A stretch of DNA of 64,000 bases from Polyangiaceae bacterium (GTDB lineage: Bacteria; Myxococcota_A; Polyangia; Polyangiales; Polyangiaceae). Positions within the stretch are counted from its first letter, which is position 1; every line of letters starts with the position of its first letter. The notes under the pieces are model-generated. The model did no database searches. It saw nothing but the letters and a program-made list of their open reading frames with translations, and had not been told where the DNA came from. The stretch covers positions 17,763 through 81,762 of the forward strand of contig JBGANF010000021.1 in the NCBI GenBank assembly GCA_044222475.1, read 5' to 3'. Below, piece by piece: positions 23,041-33,828 of the stretch. The translations under genes and the position numbers were made by a program.

Positions 23041-26000
23041 TCAACCGACTGGAGCTGTCACCTCGCGCATCGAACGTCGCACCGCGAAGCTCCTCCAGAC
23101 GACGTAGATTGCGGGCACGACGAACAACGTGAGGATCGTGAGCGACACGAGCCCGCCCCACATCGGTGCGGCGATGCGCTTCGCGACGTCGGCGCCGACT
23201 CCAGTGTCGAGCATCACCGGGAGGAGACCGAAGACGTTGGTCATGACCGTCATGAGCAGCGGCCGCACGCGCTTGGCGCCTGCGTCTTCGGAGTGGTGCA
23301 GGAGGTCTGCGACGCTCTTGATGGTGCCGTCCTTCTTGGCCGCCTCCCAGGCCTCGTCGAGGTAGACGACCATGACGCTCGCCGTTTCGGCGGCGACCCC
23401 GAGAAGCGCGATCATGCCGACCCACACGGCGATCGACGTGTTGAAATGGACGAAATACAGCGTCCAGATCGCGCCGACGGCGGCGAAAGGCACCGCGGTC
23501 ATCACGATGAGCGCCTGACTCGCGCCACGGAAGTTCAAGTAGAGGATGAGGAAGACGATTCCGATCGTGAGCGGCAAGAGGATCGACAGGCGTGCGCGGA
23601 CGCGCTCCATGAGCTCGTACTGTCCGGTCCACTTGATCTCGTACCCTTTTGGGACGACGACTTGGCCGTCCACTAGACCCACCCGGCGAGCCGGCCTTGC
23701 TCACTCTTGATCATCGGTGGGCCCATCACGGTCTCGATGCGAGCGAGCTCGCCCAACGGTACGAACGCGGTCGATGTGGTTCCCCCGGCGCTGGCCGAGG
23801 CCGGTGCTGCGCCGAAGCTCGATGCCGCCATGCCGGTTCCTGCCGGGAGGAGCCCCGCCACCGCTGCGGCGGACGAGCCGCCCATGCCGCCGCCGAGGCT
23901 CGGACCGCTCGGCATCCCGCCGCCGCGCGAGCCCGTCATCCCGCCGCCGCCCATCGACGCCGGCGTCCCGGTGGCTCCGCTCCCGCCGACCATCGGCGGG
24001 ATGGGCACGAGGATCGCTCGCAGCGCTTCCGGGTCGCCTCGCAGCTCGCGTGGGTAGCGGACGTTGACCCGGTAGCGCTCGCGCCCCTCGAAGATGGTGT
24101 CGACGTCCATGCCTCCGATCGCGCTCTCGACGACGTCGAGGACGTCGCGCATCGTCAACCCGTAGCGCGCGATCGCCACGCGATCGGGGACGACGTCGAG
24201 GAAGAACCCGCCGAGCTCGCGTTCGGCGTACACGCTGCGCGTCCCGGGTACGCCGTCGAGCGCTCGCTCGATCTGCGCGGTGAGCTTCGTGATCTCGTTC
24301 AGGTCGTCGCCGAGCACCTTGACGCCGATCGGCGTTCGGATGCCGGTCGACAGCATGTCGACGCGCGCTTTGATCGGCATCGTCCATGCCCCGCGCAGCC
24401 CCGGCGTCGTCGTCTTTTGGTCGAGCTCGGCGATGAGGGTCTCGATCGTCTGGCCCTTGCGCCATTGGGTGCGCGGCTTCAGGCGCACGATCGTCTCGAA
24501 CATCGAGAGCGGCGCCGGATCGAGCGCGGTCTCGGCGCGCCCAGCCTTTCCGAAGACGAGCTCCACCTCGGGCACGCTGTGGATCTGAGCGTCCTGCCAG
24601 GCGAGCAAGCGCTCGGCCTCGGCGATCGACATGCCGGGGACGCTGATCGGCATGTAGAGGAGGTCGCCTTCGTAGAGCGGAGGCATGAACTCCGATCCGA
24701 GCCGGCTCGCGGGGACGACGGTCGCCCCCATCACCACGAGCGCGAACGCGATGACGAGCCATCGGCCGCGGAGCGCCACGCGCAGCAGCGGGCGGTAGAT
24801 CGCGATGCACAGCCGGTTGATGGGATTGCGAGCCTCCGGCCGGATCTTGCCGCGGAGAAATGTGACCATGAGGGCAGGGACGAGCGTCACCGAGAACACC
24901 GCCGCGAACGCCATCGAGAACGTCTTCGCGAGCGCGAGCGGCCGGAAGAGTCGTCCTTCTTCGCCTTCGAGGGTGAAGACCGGAAGGAACGCGATCGTGA
25001 GGACCAGGAGCGCCCCGAACATCGATCCGCCGAGCTCGCGGGCCGCGGCGATGATGATCTCGGTGCGGGCGATCTTCTCGCCCTTCCGCTCGGACTCTTC
25101 GATCTTCTTGTGCGCGTTCTCGACGAGGACGCACGCCGAGTCGACCATGTCTCCCAGCGCGAGCATGACGCCGGCGAGCGACATCACGCTGATCGTCAGG
25201 TCGAGATAATGAAACGCGATGAAGGTCGACGCCGTCGCGACCGGGAGCGCGATCGCCGCGACGAGCGAGGACCGGAAGTGGAACAGGAAGACGCCGATGA
25301 CGACGATCACGACGATCAGGATCACGACGAGGTTCGTCGACAGCGTCGAGATCGACTCGTGGATGAGCTGGCTCCGATCGTAGACCGGGACGATGCGCAC
25401 TCCCGGGGGGAGCGACGGCTTGATCTCGTCGATCCGCGCCTTCACCCGATCGATCACGTTCAGCGCGTTCTCGCCCTGGCGCATGACGACGATCCCGCCG
25501 ACGGCCGGACCCGCTGCGTCGAGCTCGGCCACGCCCCGCCGGATGTTTCCCCCGATGGTGACGTCGGCGACGTCGCGGATCTTGACCGGCGTCCCGCGGT
25601 TGTCGGTCGTGACGACGGCCTCCTCCAGGTCGTGCTCGTTCTCGACGAACCCACGGCCGCGGAGGACGTACTCGTGCTCCGCCATCTCGACGACGCGCCC
25701 TCCCACTTCGGCGTTGGCGCCGCGCACCGCGCTCGCGATCTGGGCGACGGTCACGCCGCGCGCCTTCATGCGCGTCGGATCGACGACGACTTGGTATTCC
25801 TTCTCGTATCCGCCGACGCTCGCGACCTCGGCGACCCCCTCGACGCCCTGAAGCCAATAGCGGAGCGACCAATCTTGGAGCGAACGGAGCTCTTGGAGGT
25901 CGAGCTTCCCGGTGTCGTCGACGAGAGCGTACTGATAGACCCAGCCGACGCTGGTCGCGTCCGGGCCGATCTGTGGCGTGACGCCTTCGGGGAGCTTGCT

Positions 26001-26384
26001 CTTGATCTTCGCGAGCTGCTCGACGACGCGCGAGCGCGCCCAGTAGACGTCGGTGCCGTCTTCGAAGACGACGTAGACGAACGACATCCCGAACATCGTG
26101 AACCCGCGGACGTTCTTCACCTTCGGCGTGCCGAGGAACCCGGTGGCGATGGGGTAGGTGACCTGGTTCTCGATGAGCGTCGGGCTACGGCCCATCCACT
26201 CGGTCGCGACGACGACCTGGGTGTCGGACAGATCGGGCAGCGCGTCGAGCGGGGTGCGCTGCGCGCTCCATAGCCCCCAGACGGTGAGCCCGATCGCGAT
26301 CAGGAAGACGAAGAACCGTTTCCGCGCCGAGAAATCGACGATCTTCTCGACGAGGCCGGTCGGGGGCGACGCCTCAGCGGACAT
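23041..26384 (-). pseudogene. cusA: CusA-type heavy-metal RND permease, disrupted
   Basis: N-terminal part 23673..26384 ends GWV*; C-terminal part continues in another frame (23041..23682). Relative to the intact paralog at 42057, roughly 20 codons are missing at the junction. Confidence 0.85.
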
Positions 26385-27552
26385 GGCCGGCGTGCCCCCC
26401 GCCGGTCGTGCCCGCGTCGGTACCTTTTTGGGACGCCTGGAGTCGGCTCTCGGAGTCGAGGAGGAACTGTGCGCTGGTCGCCACGTTCTCTCCGGCGACG
26501 ACGCCGGAGAGCACTTGGTAGTAGTCGTCGACGAGGATGCCGAGCTTGACCTCGCGCGGCTCCACGTGATTCCCGTGGACGACGAAGACGACGGCGCGGG
26601 TCCCCGTTCGAATCACCGCGCTCTCGGGGATCCCGAGGCCCATGCCGACGTGGAGCTCCATCGCGACGTCGGCGAACGCACCGGGACGGATGCGCCCGTC
26701 CTTGTTGGGCAAGTCGAAGCGCACCTTGAGCGTTCGCGTCGCGGTGTCGATCGTCGGTGGGAGAAAGGAGACGTTCGCCGCGATCGGCGCCGTCTCGCCC
26801 TGGAGCGTGATGCTCGCCGGTTGGCCGACGTGGACCGAGGGGACGTCGGCCTCGTAGACGTCGGTCAGGACCCACACGTTCGACAGATCGGAGATGGTGT
26901 AGAGCTCGACCGACGGATCGACGAAGGCTCCAGTGTATGCTTGGCGTGCGATCACCACGCCGCTGCGCGTGGCGAGCAACGGGAACGTTCGCCGCGCTTC
27001 CTTGGAGGTCTCGAGGCGCGTCACCTCGGACGGGGGCACGTCCCATAGGGACAGGCGCCGCCGCGCGGCCGCGAGCAAGCGGTTCTGCGCGTCGGTCTCG
27101 GACTGCGCGAACTCACCGGTGATCTTCGGCGCGTTGTTCATCCGGTCGAGGATGGTGAGGAACTCGAGCTCGGCGGCGTAGACCTCTTGGCTGTAGAGCG
27201 AGCACAGGGCCTCGCCCTGCCGCACTTGCTTGCCGATGAAGTCGACGTTCGTCGACTCGATCGTCGCGCGCACCTTCGTGTGGACGTGCGACGTACGGGT
27301 CTCGTCGACGGCGACGATGCCGGTCGTGCGCACGGTGCGGATGAAATGGCGCTCTTGGACGGCGCTCGTCGTGATCGTCATCCCTCCCTGCTTCGTCGGA
27401 TCGATCTCGAAGGGCACGTAGCCTTCGAGGCCCGACGCGGACGAGCTGGCCGCCGCCGAAGGTGCGGCTGGCGCGTGACCTTCGTGTCCGGCGTCGCCGG
27501 ACTTGCATGCGACGACCAGCGTCGCGAGCGCGATGAGCCACGGGAGCCTCAT
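26374..27552 (-). CDS. cusB: CusB-type membrane fusion protein
   Basis: ATG 27552, lipobox VVAC, LYSQEVYAAELE, LYTISDLSNVWV, FLLDSESRL. Confidence 0.9.
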   Translation of the reverse strand: MRLPWLIALATLVVACKSGDAGHEGHAPAAPSAAASSSASGLEGYVPFEIDPTKQGGMTITTSAVQERHFIRTVRTTGIVAVDETRTSHVHTKVRATIESTNVDFIGKQVRQGEALCSLYSQEVYAAELEFLTILDRMNNAPKITGEFAQSETDAQNRLLAAARRRLSLWDVPPSEVTRLETSKEARRTFPLLATRSGVVIARQAYTGAFVDPSVELYTISDLSNVWVLTDVYEADVPSVHVGQPASITLQGETAPIAANVSFLPPTIDTATRTLKVRFDLPNKDGRIRPGAFADVAMELHVGMGLGIPESAVIRTGTRAVVFVVHGNHVEPREVKLGILVDDYYQVLSGVVAGENVATSAQFLLDSESRLQASQKGTDAGTTGGGHAGHVR

Positions 27553-28820
27553 GGCACCGTCCCTCCTGGAGCGCCGCCGACGGCGCGTTCGAGCAGCGCG
27601 AGAGCGACCTCGCGCTGGACGCGCGCGTCGATGAGCATGCGCTCGGTGCTCTGGAGCGATCGCCGTGCGTCGAGCACCGCGATGATGTCCGCCGTCCCGG
27701 CGGAGTATCCGGAGAGCGACGAGTCGAAGCTCTCCCGCGCTTTGGGCATCGCGCTCGCTTCGAGGAGCGTGACGAGTCGGGACGCGGTCTCGAACTGCGT
27801 GAGCGCGTCGACGACCTGCGCTCGGATCATCGCGCGCATCGCGGTCGCCTCGTCCGCGACGGCACGGGCACGATCGTCGAACGCTTCGGCCTTGAAGCGC
27901 GCACGCTCGATGCCCCACGTGGGCAGCGTCGTACCGAGCATGAAGCCGAACGAGTGCGGCCCTCCCATGATCATCTGGTTGAACCAGGCCCCCACCATGA
28001 AGTCGGGGTAGGGCTCTTTTCGCGCGAGGCGGGCCATGTTCGTCATGCCGGCTTGCATCGCGGTCATCTGGCGGAGCTCGGCGCGCTGCGCGATTGCCAA
28101 AGTCATCAGCGCCTCGACGTCGAAGCTGCGCGGTCCCGTCCAGCTCACGACGCGCGGATCGTCGAACGTCGCGTCGGGCGGCTGGTTGCGTAGGGCGTTG
28201 ATCATCGCGAGCACGCTCTTGCGTTCGCCCTCGATCGACGCGAGCTCGAGATCGAGCGCCTGGACCTCCAGCTCCGCGCGGGCGACCTCGTGATGCTCGC
28301 CGGACTGCGACCCGTAGCGGCCGATCGCGGCCGAGGTGATCACCGCGGCGAGGCCGCGCGCGGCGCGGTTCAGCTCGCGGCGCTTGCCGTTCGACACGAG
28401 CATGAAGAACGCGCGTCGCGCTTCGAGAGTGAGGTCGAGGCGTTTCGTGTCGGCGGCGGCGCCGGCGGCGTCGGCTTCGGAGTGAAGCGCGTCGCTCATG
28501 GCCGGGAGCTTCCCCGGCCACATGACCATCTGCGCGAGCTGGTACCGCATCATCGGCATCTGTACGCCGACCGTCCCCAAGGACCCGGGGAGGTAGTCGG
28601 CCATCACCGTGAGGGTCGGGTCCGGCCAGATGCGGACGCCGCTGGCGTCGCTGAGGAGGGCGTCGCGACGAAGCATCGCCGCGTGAATCGTCGGCTGGTG
28701 GGCGAGGACGTCGGCGACGTAGGCGTCGCAGGCCGGATCGGCGCGCGCGGGCTCCGGCGCGAGCAGCGCGCCGACCGCCGCGGCGAGCGCGGCGACGAAC
28801 GTCTTGGCGGGAGGGACCAT
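27549..28820 (-). CDS. TolC/CusC family outer-membrane factor
   Basis: WPDP, WPGKL, YPDF, GYSAGTADIIAVLDA; start ATG 28820 (alternative 28850). Confidence 0.87.
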   Translation of the reverse strand: MVPPAKTFVAALAAAVGALLAPEPARADPACDAYVADVLAHQPTIHAAMLRRDALLSDASGVRIWPDPTLTVMADYLPGSLGTVGVQMPMMRYQLAQMVMWPGKLPAMSDALHSEADAAGAAADTKRLDLTLEARRAFFMLVSNGKRRELNRAARGLAAVITSAAIGRYGSQSGEHHEVARAELEVQALDLELASIEGERKSVLAMINALRNQPPDATFDDPRVVSWTGPRSFDVEALMTLAIAQRAELRQMTAMQAGMTNMARLARKEPYPDFMVGAWFNQMIMGGPHSFGFMLGTTLPTWGIERARFKAEAFDDRARAVADEATAMRAMIRAQVVDALTQFETASRLVTLLEASAMPKARESFDSSLSGYSAGTADIIAVLDARRSLQSTERMLIDARVQREVALALLERAVGGAPGGTVP

Positions 28821-28845
28821 GCAGTGCAGCCTCGATGCAGCCCAA

Positions 28846-28861
28846 TGCATCGTTCGTACCT
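28846..28861 (-). promoter_or_regulatory. Putative sigma54 promoter for the first cusCBA
   Basis: AGGTACGAACGATGCA (GG-N10-GC). Confidence 0.45.
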
Positions 28862-28917
28862 GCGATCCGCGGCAGCGTCAGCTCGAATTTCCCCGAGACG
28901 TGCAAGCTCTGCTCCGG

Positions 28918-30282
28918 TCAGCGCATGGTTTGCACATTGTTTCGAGGCGGTTCCGCCGCGATCAGCTTGGTCTTTCCCATCGCGGTTTTCGGGATTTCGC
29001 CCACCCGCTCGACGGCGATCCGCGGCGGCTGCGCGCGAGCCGCGACCAACGCCTCGCGAACGGCCGCCGTGAGCTTGGCGTCATCGACCGAGGGCCCCGC
29101 CTGCGCGAGGAGCACGCGAATGCCGCTCTGCCCATGCACGACCTGCCACGCGCGAGCGTCGACCGACTCGAGGACGGAGTGGAACACGTTCGGCCGCACG
29201 TCCACGGTTCCACCGCGACCGTCGGGCATCCTCAACGTGTCCTCCTGTCGCCCTTGGACAGCTGCGAGGAGCGCGAATGGCCGGCCACAAGAGCACGTGA
29301 CGTCGGAGAGGGCGACGCTGTCGCTCATCTCGTAGCGAATGAGCGGCTGGGTGCGCGAGAAGAGCACGGTGACGAGCACCTTCGCGCCGAACGCCCCGAC
29401 CGGCACTGGCTGATTGCGTTCATCGACGACCTCGGTGATGACGAGGTCCTCGTATAGATGCATCGCGTGTCGCTCGCAGTGCGAAGCGACGCCCGCAGGT
29501 TCGGTCGCCGCGTAGACGTTGAAGGGCCGGCTGCCGAACGCTCGCTCGATTCGGGCCGCGCTTTCGTCGGTCAGCACCTCCGACGCGCTCATGACCGCTT
29601 TGGGCGCGATCACCAGGCGGCGCGCGAGCTGTTCCTCGGCGAGCTCGCGCATCATCGACGCGTAGCCGACGAGCGACTCGGGCTGGAACTCGTTCAGCGC
29701 TGCGACGATTCGATCGAGCGGCTCTGTCGAGTCGAGGCGCAGCGTCGACACGACCCTACTCTCGAGCGACGCTGCGACGAGGGCGGATTGGTGCCAGGGC
29801 GTGCGCGAGCTCACGACCGCGATCTTCGCGCGGTGGGTCAATCCGGCCGCGATTCCGGCCCAATCGTTGGCCCGCGCGTACGACGCGAGGACCCAGCTCC
29901 ACTCGTCGGGGTCCGCGAGGAACAGCCCGCGAAGTCCGGTCGTGCCCGACGTCGCGGCGACGCGGTAACGCTCGAGAAAGGGCGCCCCCGGACTCGCCGC
30001 GAGGTGGGCCTCGACTCGAGCTCGCGTGACGGCCCGGTCGGTGACGAACGCGTCGAAGCTCTCCATCAACATCGCCTTGGTGACGACCGGCAGCTCGTGC
30101 AGTGGACGCCGCTCGAGACCGCGGTGGAGCGCGGCCAAGAACGGAGAGCGGGCGACGGCGTAGTCGCGGAGGTCACGCAGTGCGGCGGCTTGATGCGCTT
30201 CGAGCTCTCGCCGAGACCAGCGGTCGCGACGCCTCAGAGTCGCACGACGTCGGAGAATCTGAATCAGGGTTCGGGCGTCCAC
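28918..30282 (-). CDS. Phenylacetate-CoA ligase-like adenylate-forming enzyme
   Basis: GTG 30282 with GAGG RBS; TSGTTG, YAATE, PLIRYEMSD, CSCGRPF, GRQED. Confidence 0.85.
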   Translation of the reverse strand: MDARTLIQILRRRATLRRRDRWSRRELEAHQAAALRDLRDYAVARSPFLAALHRGLERRPLHELPVVTKAMLMESFDAFVTDRAVTRARVEAHLAASPGAPFLERYRVAATSGTTGLRGLFLADPDEWSWVLASYARANDWAGIAAGLTHRAKIAVVSSRTPWHQSALVAASLESRVVSTLRLDSTEPLDRIVAALNEFQPESLVGYASMMRELAEEQLARRLVIAPKAVMSASEVLTDESAARIERAFGSRPFNVYAATEPAGVASHCERHAMHLYEDLVITEVVDERNQPVPVGAFGAKVLVTVLFSRTQPLIRYEMSDSVALSDVTCSCGRPFALLAAVQGRQEDTLRMPDGRGGTVDVRPNVFHSVLESVDARAWQVVHGQSGIRVLLAQAGPSVDDAKLTAAVREALVAARAQPPRIAVERVGEIPKTAMGKTKLIAAEPPRNNVQTMR

Positions 30283-30305
30283 GTCGCGTCCTCTGGCCCA
30301 GCGAA

Positions 30306-30321
30306 AGCGATTGTCGTGCCA
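30306..30321 (-). promoter_or_regulatory. Putative sigma54 promoter
   Basis: TGGCACGACAATCGCT. Confidence 0.6.
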
Positions 30322-30353
30322 GTCGGGCAACGGCATGGCTGCAGAAACGGTCT

Positions 30354-30369
30354 TGGTGCGCACCTTGCA
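30354..30369 (+). promoter_or_regulatory. Putative sigma54 promoter
   Basis: TGGTGCGCACCTTGCA. Confidence 0.6.
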
Positions 30370-30396
30370 CCACGTCTCGTCGTGTGGACGGGAGAC

Positions 30397-33120
30397 GTGA
30401 GCAAGGCCGAACGCCCCCATGCCAAGAGCGGCGATGCCGTCGTCGCCGAGCTGGGCGTGGACGCGGAGAAGGGACTCTCGAACGCCGAGATCACCAAAGT
30501 GCGCGCCATCGCCGGGCCGAACGCGCTCCCGCCTCCGAAGCGCGCGCCGCTCTGGCGTCGAATCGTGTCTCAGATCTCGAGCCCCATCGTGCTCACGCTT
30601 CTGGGGGCGGCCGTGATCACCGTCGTCGTGGGAGCGAAGGGCCCATCCGAAGACGGGGTCTTTGCCCGATACGGGGACGCGATCGCGATTCTCCTGATCG
30701 TGCTGCTCAACGCCGTTCTCGGGTTGGTGCAGGAGTCGAAGGCCGAGTCGGCGGTGAGCGCGCTCGGGAAGCTCTCGGTCCCGCGCGCCCGCGTGCGGCG
30801 CGAGGGGCGTACCCTCACGGTCTCGGCGGAGGAGCTCGTACCGGGAGACCTCTTGGAGCTCGAGGCGGGCGACGCCATTCCCGCGGACGCACGACTCCTC
30901 GAAACGACGGAGCTGCAGGTCGAGGAAGCCTCGCTCACCGGTGAGAGTCTGCCAGTCAAGAAGAACGCGACGTCCGTCTTCGCCGATGAGACACCGCTCG
31001 CCGATCGTCTGAACATGCTCTTTCTCGGCACTGCGGCGGTTGCTGGGCGCGCCACCGCCGTGGTCACCGCGACCGGCGCCCGAACGGAGCTCGGTCGCAT
31101 CGGCACGCTCATCACGTCCGCAACCCAGGAGACGACGCCGCTCGAGGCACTGCTCGAGAAGTTCGGACGGCGCGTCCTGGTCGTGTGTCTGGCCCTGTCG
31201 CTCGTTCTCTTTCTCTGGGGGCTCGCTCGTCCGCGGGTGTTCCCTGGTTCGTTGGCGGAGCCTTGGCCCGTCCTCTTGCTCGCGGCGGTCAGCCTGGCCG
31301 TGGCCGCGATCCCCGAAGGGCTTCCCGCGATCACGACGATCACGCTCGCCCTCGGGACGCAGCGGCTCGCGAGGCGCGGAGCCATCGTCCGCCACTTGCC
31401 GGCCGTCGAGACACTGGGCGCAGCCACCTTCATCTGCACCGACAAGACGGGGACGCTCACCCAGAACGTCATGATGGCGCGGGCCGTGTGGACGCCCGAT
31501 GGCAGCTACGTCGTGGAAGGAGACGGGTACGCGCCCGAGGGCTCGGTGCACCCCGCCGAGTCGACGCCCGACGCTCCTGCGCTCGCGCCCGAGCTGCTCA
31601 TCGGCGCGCTGGTCTGCAACCACGCGGCTCTCGAACGAGAAGCCCACGCCTGGCGCCCAGTGGGGGATCCGACCGAGGCGGCGCTGATCGCGCTCGCGGC
31701 GCGCGGCGGTCTCTCGACGGAGGAGGTTCGCAGTCAGCATCCCATCGTTCAGGAGATCCCTTTCGAGAGCGCGCGCCGGCGGATGACGGTCGTCACCGAG
31801 GCGGACGGCAAGCGCTTCGCGTGGATGAAAGGAGCGTTCGACGTCGTCCTCGATCACTGCGCGACGGTCGCGCGTACCGCGGGCCCCGCGGTGCTCACGC
31901 CAGAGCTTCGCGCAGCGGTCGAGGCCGGCGCCGAGCAGCTGGCGCAGAGCGGTCTCCGGGTCCTCGCCGTTGCGCATCGCGCGGATCCCGAGGAAGACGT
32001 CGAGGCGGGCCTCACGTTTCTCGGCCTCGTCGGGCTCATGGACCCACCTCGCGCCGGCGTGAACGAGGCGATCGTGTCGTGTCAGCGCGCCGGCATCGCC
32101 GTGGCCATGATCACGGGCGATCACCCGACGACGGCGACGGCGATCGCAAAGGAAATCGGCCTCTTTCGAGCCGGCGACGTGACCATGACCGGCGCGGAGA
32201 TCGACGCGCTGTCCGACGACGCGCTCTGGGCGCGTGTGAAACCCGTACGCGTCTTCGCGCGGACGAGCCCGGAGCAGAAGCTTCGCCTCGTGCGAGCCTT
32301 CAAAGCACTGGGGCACGTCGTCGCGATGACGGGCGACGGAGTCAACGACGCGCCGGCGCTGCGCGAGGCGCACATCGGCGTGGCCATGGGACGGGGCGGC
32401 ACCGAGGTCGCGCGACAGGCCGCCGACATGGTGCTCGCCGATGACGACTTCTCGACCATCGTGCACGCCATCCGTGAGGGGCGGATCATCTATCGCAACA
32501 TCCAGAAATTCATCTTCTTCCTTCTCTCGGCGAACGCAGGGCTTTGTGGGGCCGTCTTTCTCGCGGCCATCATCGCCGACTGGCCTCCGTTCACGCCCCT
32601 CATGCTTCTCTGGATCAACCTGGTGACCAACGGGCTCCCTGCGCTCGCCCTCGGCATCGATCCAACCCACGAGGACGTGATGACGGCGGCGCCCCGCGCG
32701 CTTGGCCAGCCGCTCCTGCTGACCAAGGACTGGGTGGCCATCGGCGTGGTCGGCGTGGTGATGACGGTAACCAGTGCGCTCTTTCACGTGCACCCTTCGG
32801 CGCCGCCGGAGCTCATGCTGCGCGCCCGCGCGCTGGGATTCACCTACCTCGCACTGGGCGCCCTTCTCCACGCGTACAGCTGCACGTCCGCAGGGTCGGT
32901 AGCCTTCCGGCTCGGCGTGTTCAAGCGACCGCTGACGATCGCAATCATCGTGAGTGCGGCGGTCCACGCGGTCGCCGTGCTCGTTCCGCCGCTGAGGCCC
33001 GTCTTCAAGACCTACGCCTTGGATGGGCTCGACTTGGCCAAGCTTGCCGTAGCGTGTCTCGCGGTCGTCCCCGCGTTCGAGCTCTGGAAATGGTTCCAGA
33101 GGAGGCTTCAGCGCGCGTGA
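30397..33120 (+). CDS. P-type cation ATPase, type IIA (Ca2+-ATPase-like)
   Basis: TGES, AIPEGLP, CTDKTGTLT, GDPTE, MTGDGVND, LLWINLVT. Confidence 0.93.
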   Translation: MSKAERPHAKSGDAVVAELGVDAEKGLSNAEITKVRAIAGPNALPPPKRAPLWRRIVSQISSPIVLTLLGAAVITVVVGAKGPSEDGVFARYGDAIAILLIVLLNAVLGLVQESKAESAVSALGKLSVPRARVRREGRTLTVSAEELVPGDLLELEAGDAIPADARLLETTELQVEEASLTGESLPVKKNATSVFADETPLADRLNMLFLGTAAVAGRATAVVTATGARTELGRIGTLITSATQETTPLEALLEKFGRRVLVVCLALSLVLFLWGLARPRVFPGSLAEPWPVLLLAAVSLAVAAIPEGLPAITTITLALGTQRLARRGAIVRHLPAVETLGAATFICTDKTGTLTQNVMMARAVWTPDGSYVVEGDGYAPEGSVHPAESTPDAPALAPELLIGALVCNHAALEREAHAWRPVGDPTEAALIALAARGGLSTEEVRSQHPIVQEIPFESARRRMTVVTEADGKRFAWMKGAFDVVLDHCATVARTAGPAVLTPELRAAVEAGAEQLAQSGLRVLAVAHRADPEEDVEAGLTFLGLVGLMDPPRAGVNEAIVSCQRAGIAVAMITGDHPTTATAIAKEIGLFRAGDVTMTGAEIDALSDDALWARVKPVRVFARTSPEQKLRLVRAFKALGHVVAMTGDGVNDAPALREAHIGVAMGRGGTEVARQAADMVLADDDFSTIVHAIREGRIIYRNIQKFIFFLLSANAGLCGAVFLAAIIADWPPFTPLMLLWINLVTNGLPALALGIDPTHEDVMTAAPRALGQPLLLTKDWVAIGVVGVVMTVTSALFHVHPSAPPELMLRARALGFTYLALGALLHAYSCTSAGSVAFRLGVFKRPLTIAIIVSAAVHAVAVLVPPLRPVFKTYALDGLDLAKLAVACLAVVPAFELWKWFQRRLQRA

Positions 33121-33788
33121 GGTGTCAGCGCGTCGGCTCGGCGAACGATCTCTTTGATGGCATCTTCGCCGTCGCCGCGGACGTCCACGCGAAAGCCCCC
33201 CGATGCGGACGCCACCGTGGCGCTCGCGCCCTTCACCGCGAGCGGGCAGAACGACATCTCATCCATCGCGAAGCCCATGGACGCGTTGCGGGTGAGATGG
33301 CACGACACGAGTCGCTGGAGGTACTCCGCCGTGAGACCCGGCACCGCGCGAAGAGTGATCGACGCGCCGTCGACGTGCTTCGTGGGACCCTTGGAAGACG
33401 TGATGGTCGAGACGAGTGGCTCCACGCCGACGACGTCGTCACGATGAGCGAACGGGCTCTCGTCGCGGTCGCTTGGACCGAGCCCGCCGCAGGCCTTCGC
33501 CTCGGCGTCACGAAGCGCCTGGGACGCCGCCCGATGGTCGTCTGCCATCTTACGATGCGCCTGGTCGGCTCCCGTGGTCCAGCACGCACCCGAGAGCGCC
33601 GGGTCAGCCTTTCCACCAGCACACCGCTCTCCACCATTCGCGTCCGCGGCCCGATCGTGGTCCGCCGCCGCGGCGGTGTGATCCTTGGCGCTCATGTCGA
33701 GAGGTTTCGCGCCCGGAGTCGCGGGGCTGCATCCCGAGCAGACGACTGCTAAGACGGCTGCGTGGAGGACGAGGAGAGAGCACTTCAT
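33108..33788 (-). CDS. Cys/His-containing lipoprotein, paralog of 48787..49461
   Basis: CSGC lipobox; shared HRAASQALRDAEAKAC, DESPFAHR, MGFAMDxMxFCPL. Confidence 0.78.
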   Translation of the reverse strand: MKCSLLVLHAAVLAVVCSGCSPATPGAKPLDMSAKDHTAAAADHDRAADANGGERCAGGKADPALSGACWTTGADQAHRKMADDHRAASQALRDAEAKACGGLGPSDRDESPFAHRDDVVGVEPLVSTITSSKGPTKHVDGASITLRAVPGLTAEYLQRLVSCHLTRNASMGFAMDEMSFCPLAVKGASATVASASGGFRVDVRGDGEDAIKEIVRRADALTPHAR

Positions 33789-33800
33789 TTCTCCGTGCAT

Positions 33801-33816
33801 AGCACCTTCCGTGCCC
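33801..33816 (-). promoter_or_regulatory. Putative sigma54 promoter
   Basis: GGGCACGGAAGGTGCT, same spacing to ATG as at the paralog. Confidence 0.55.
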
Positions 33817-33828
33817 AGCTCGTCGTGC

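Noticed and set aside
23660..23690. Programmed frameshift or readthrough in cusA
   Set aside because: No slippery sequence is seen, and conserved residues are missing altogether, which fits a deletion
23649..26273. Long antisense ORFs (also 11086..12708, 15997..18204, 44289..47117, 51969..54356)
   Set aside because: Shadow frames of well-supported genes in high-GC DNA; no recognisable motifs
28918..32967. 1349-aa ORF suggesting a giant fusion protein (similarly 14677..18123, 26374..28905, 5594..7849)
   Set aside because: The N-terminal extensions overlap other real genes; internal starts with RBS or stop/start overlaps explain the true genes
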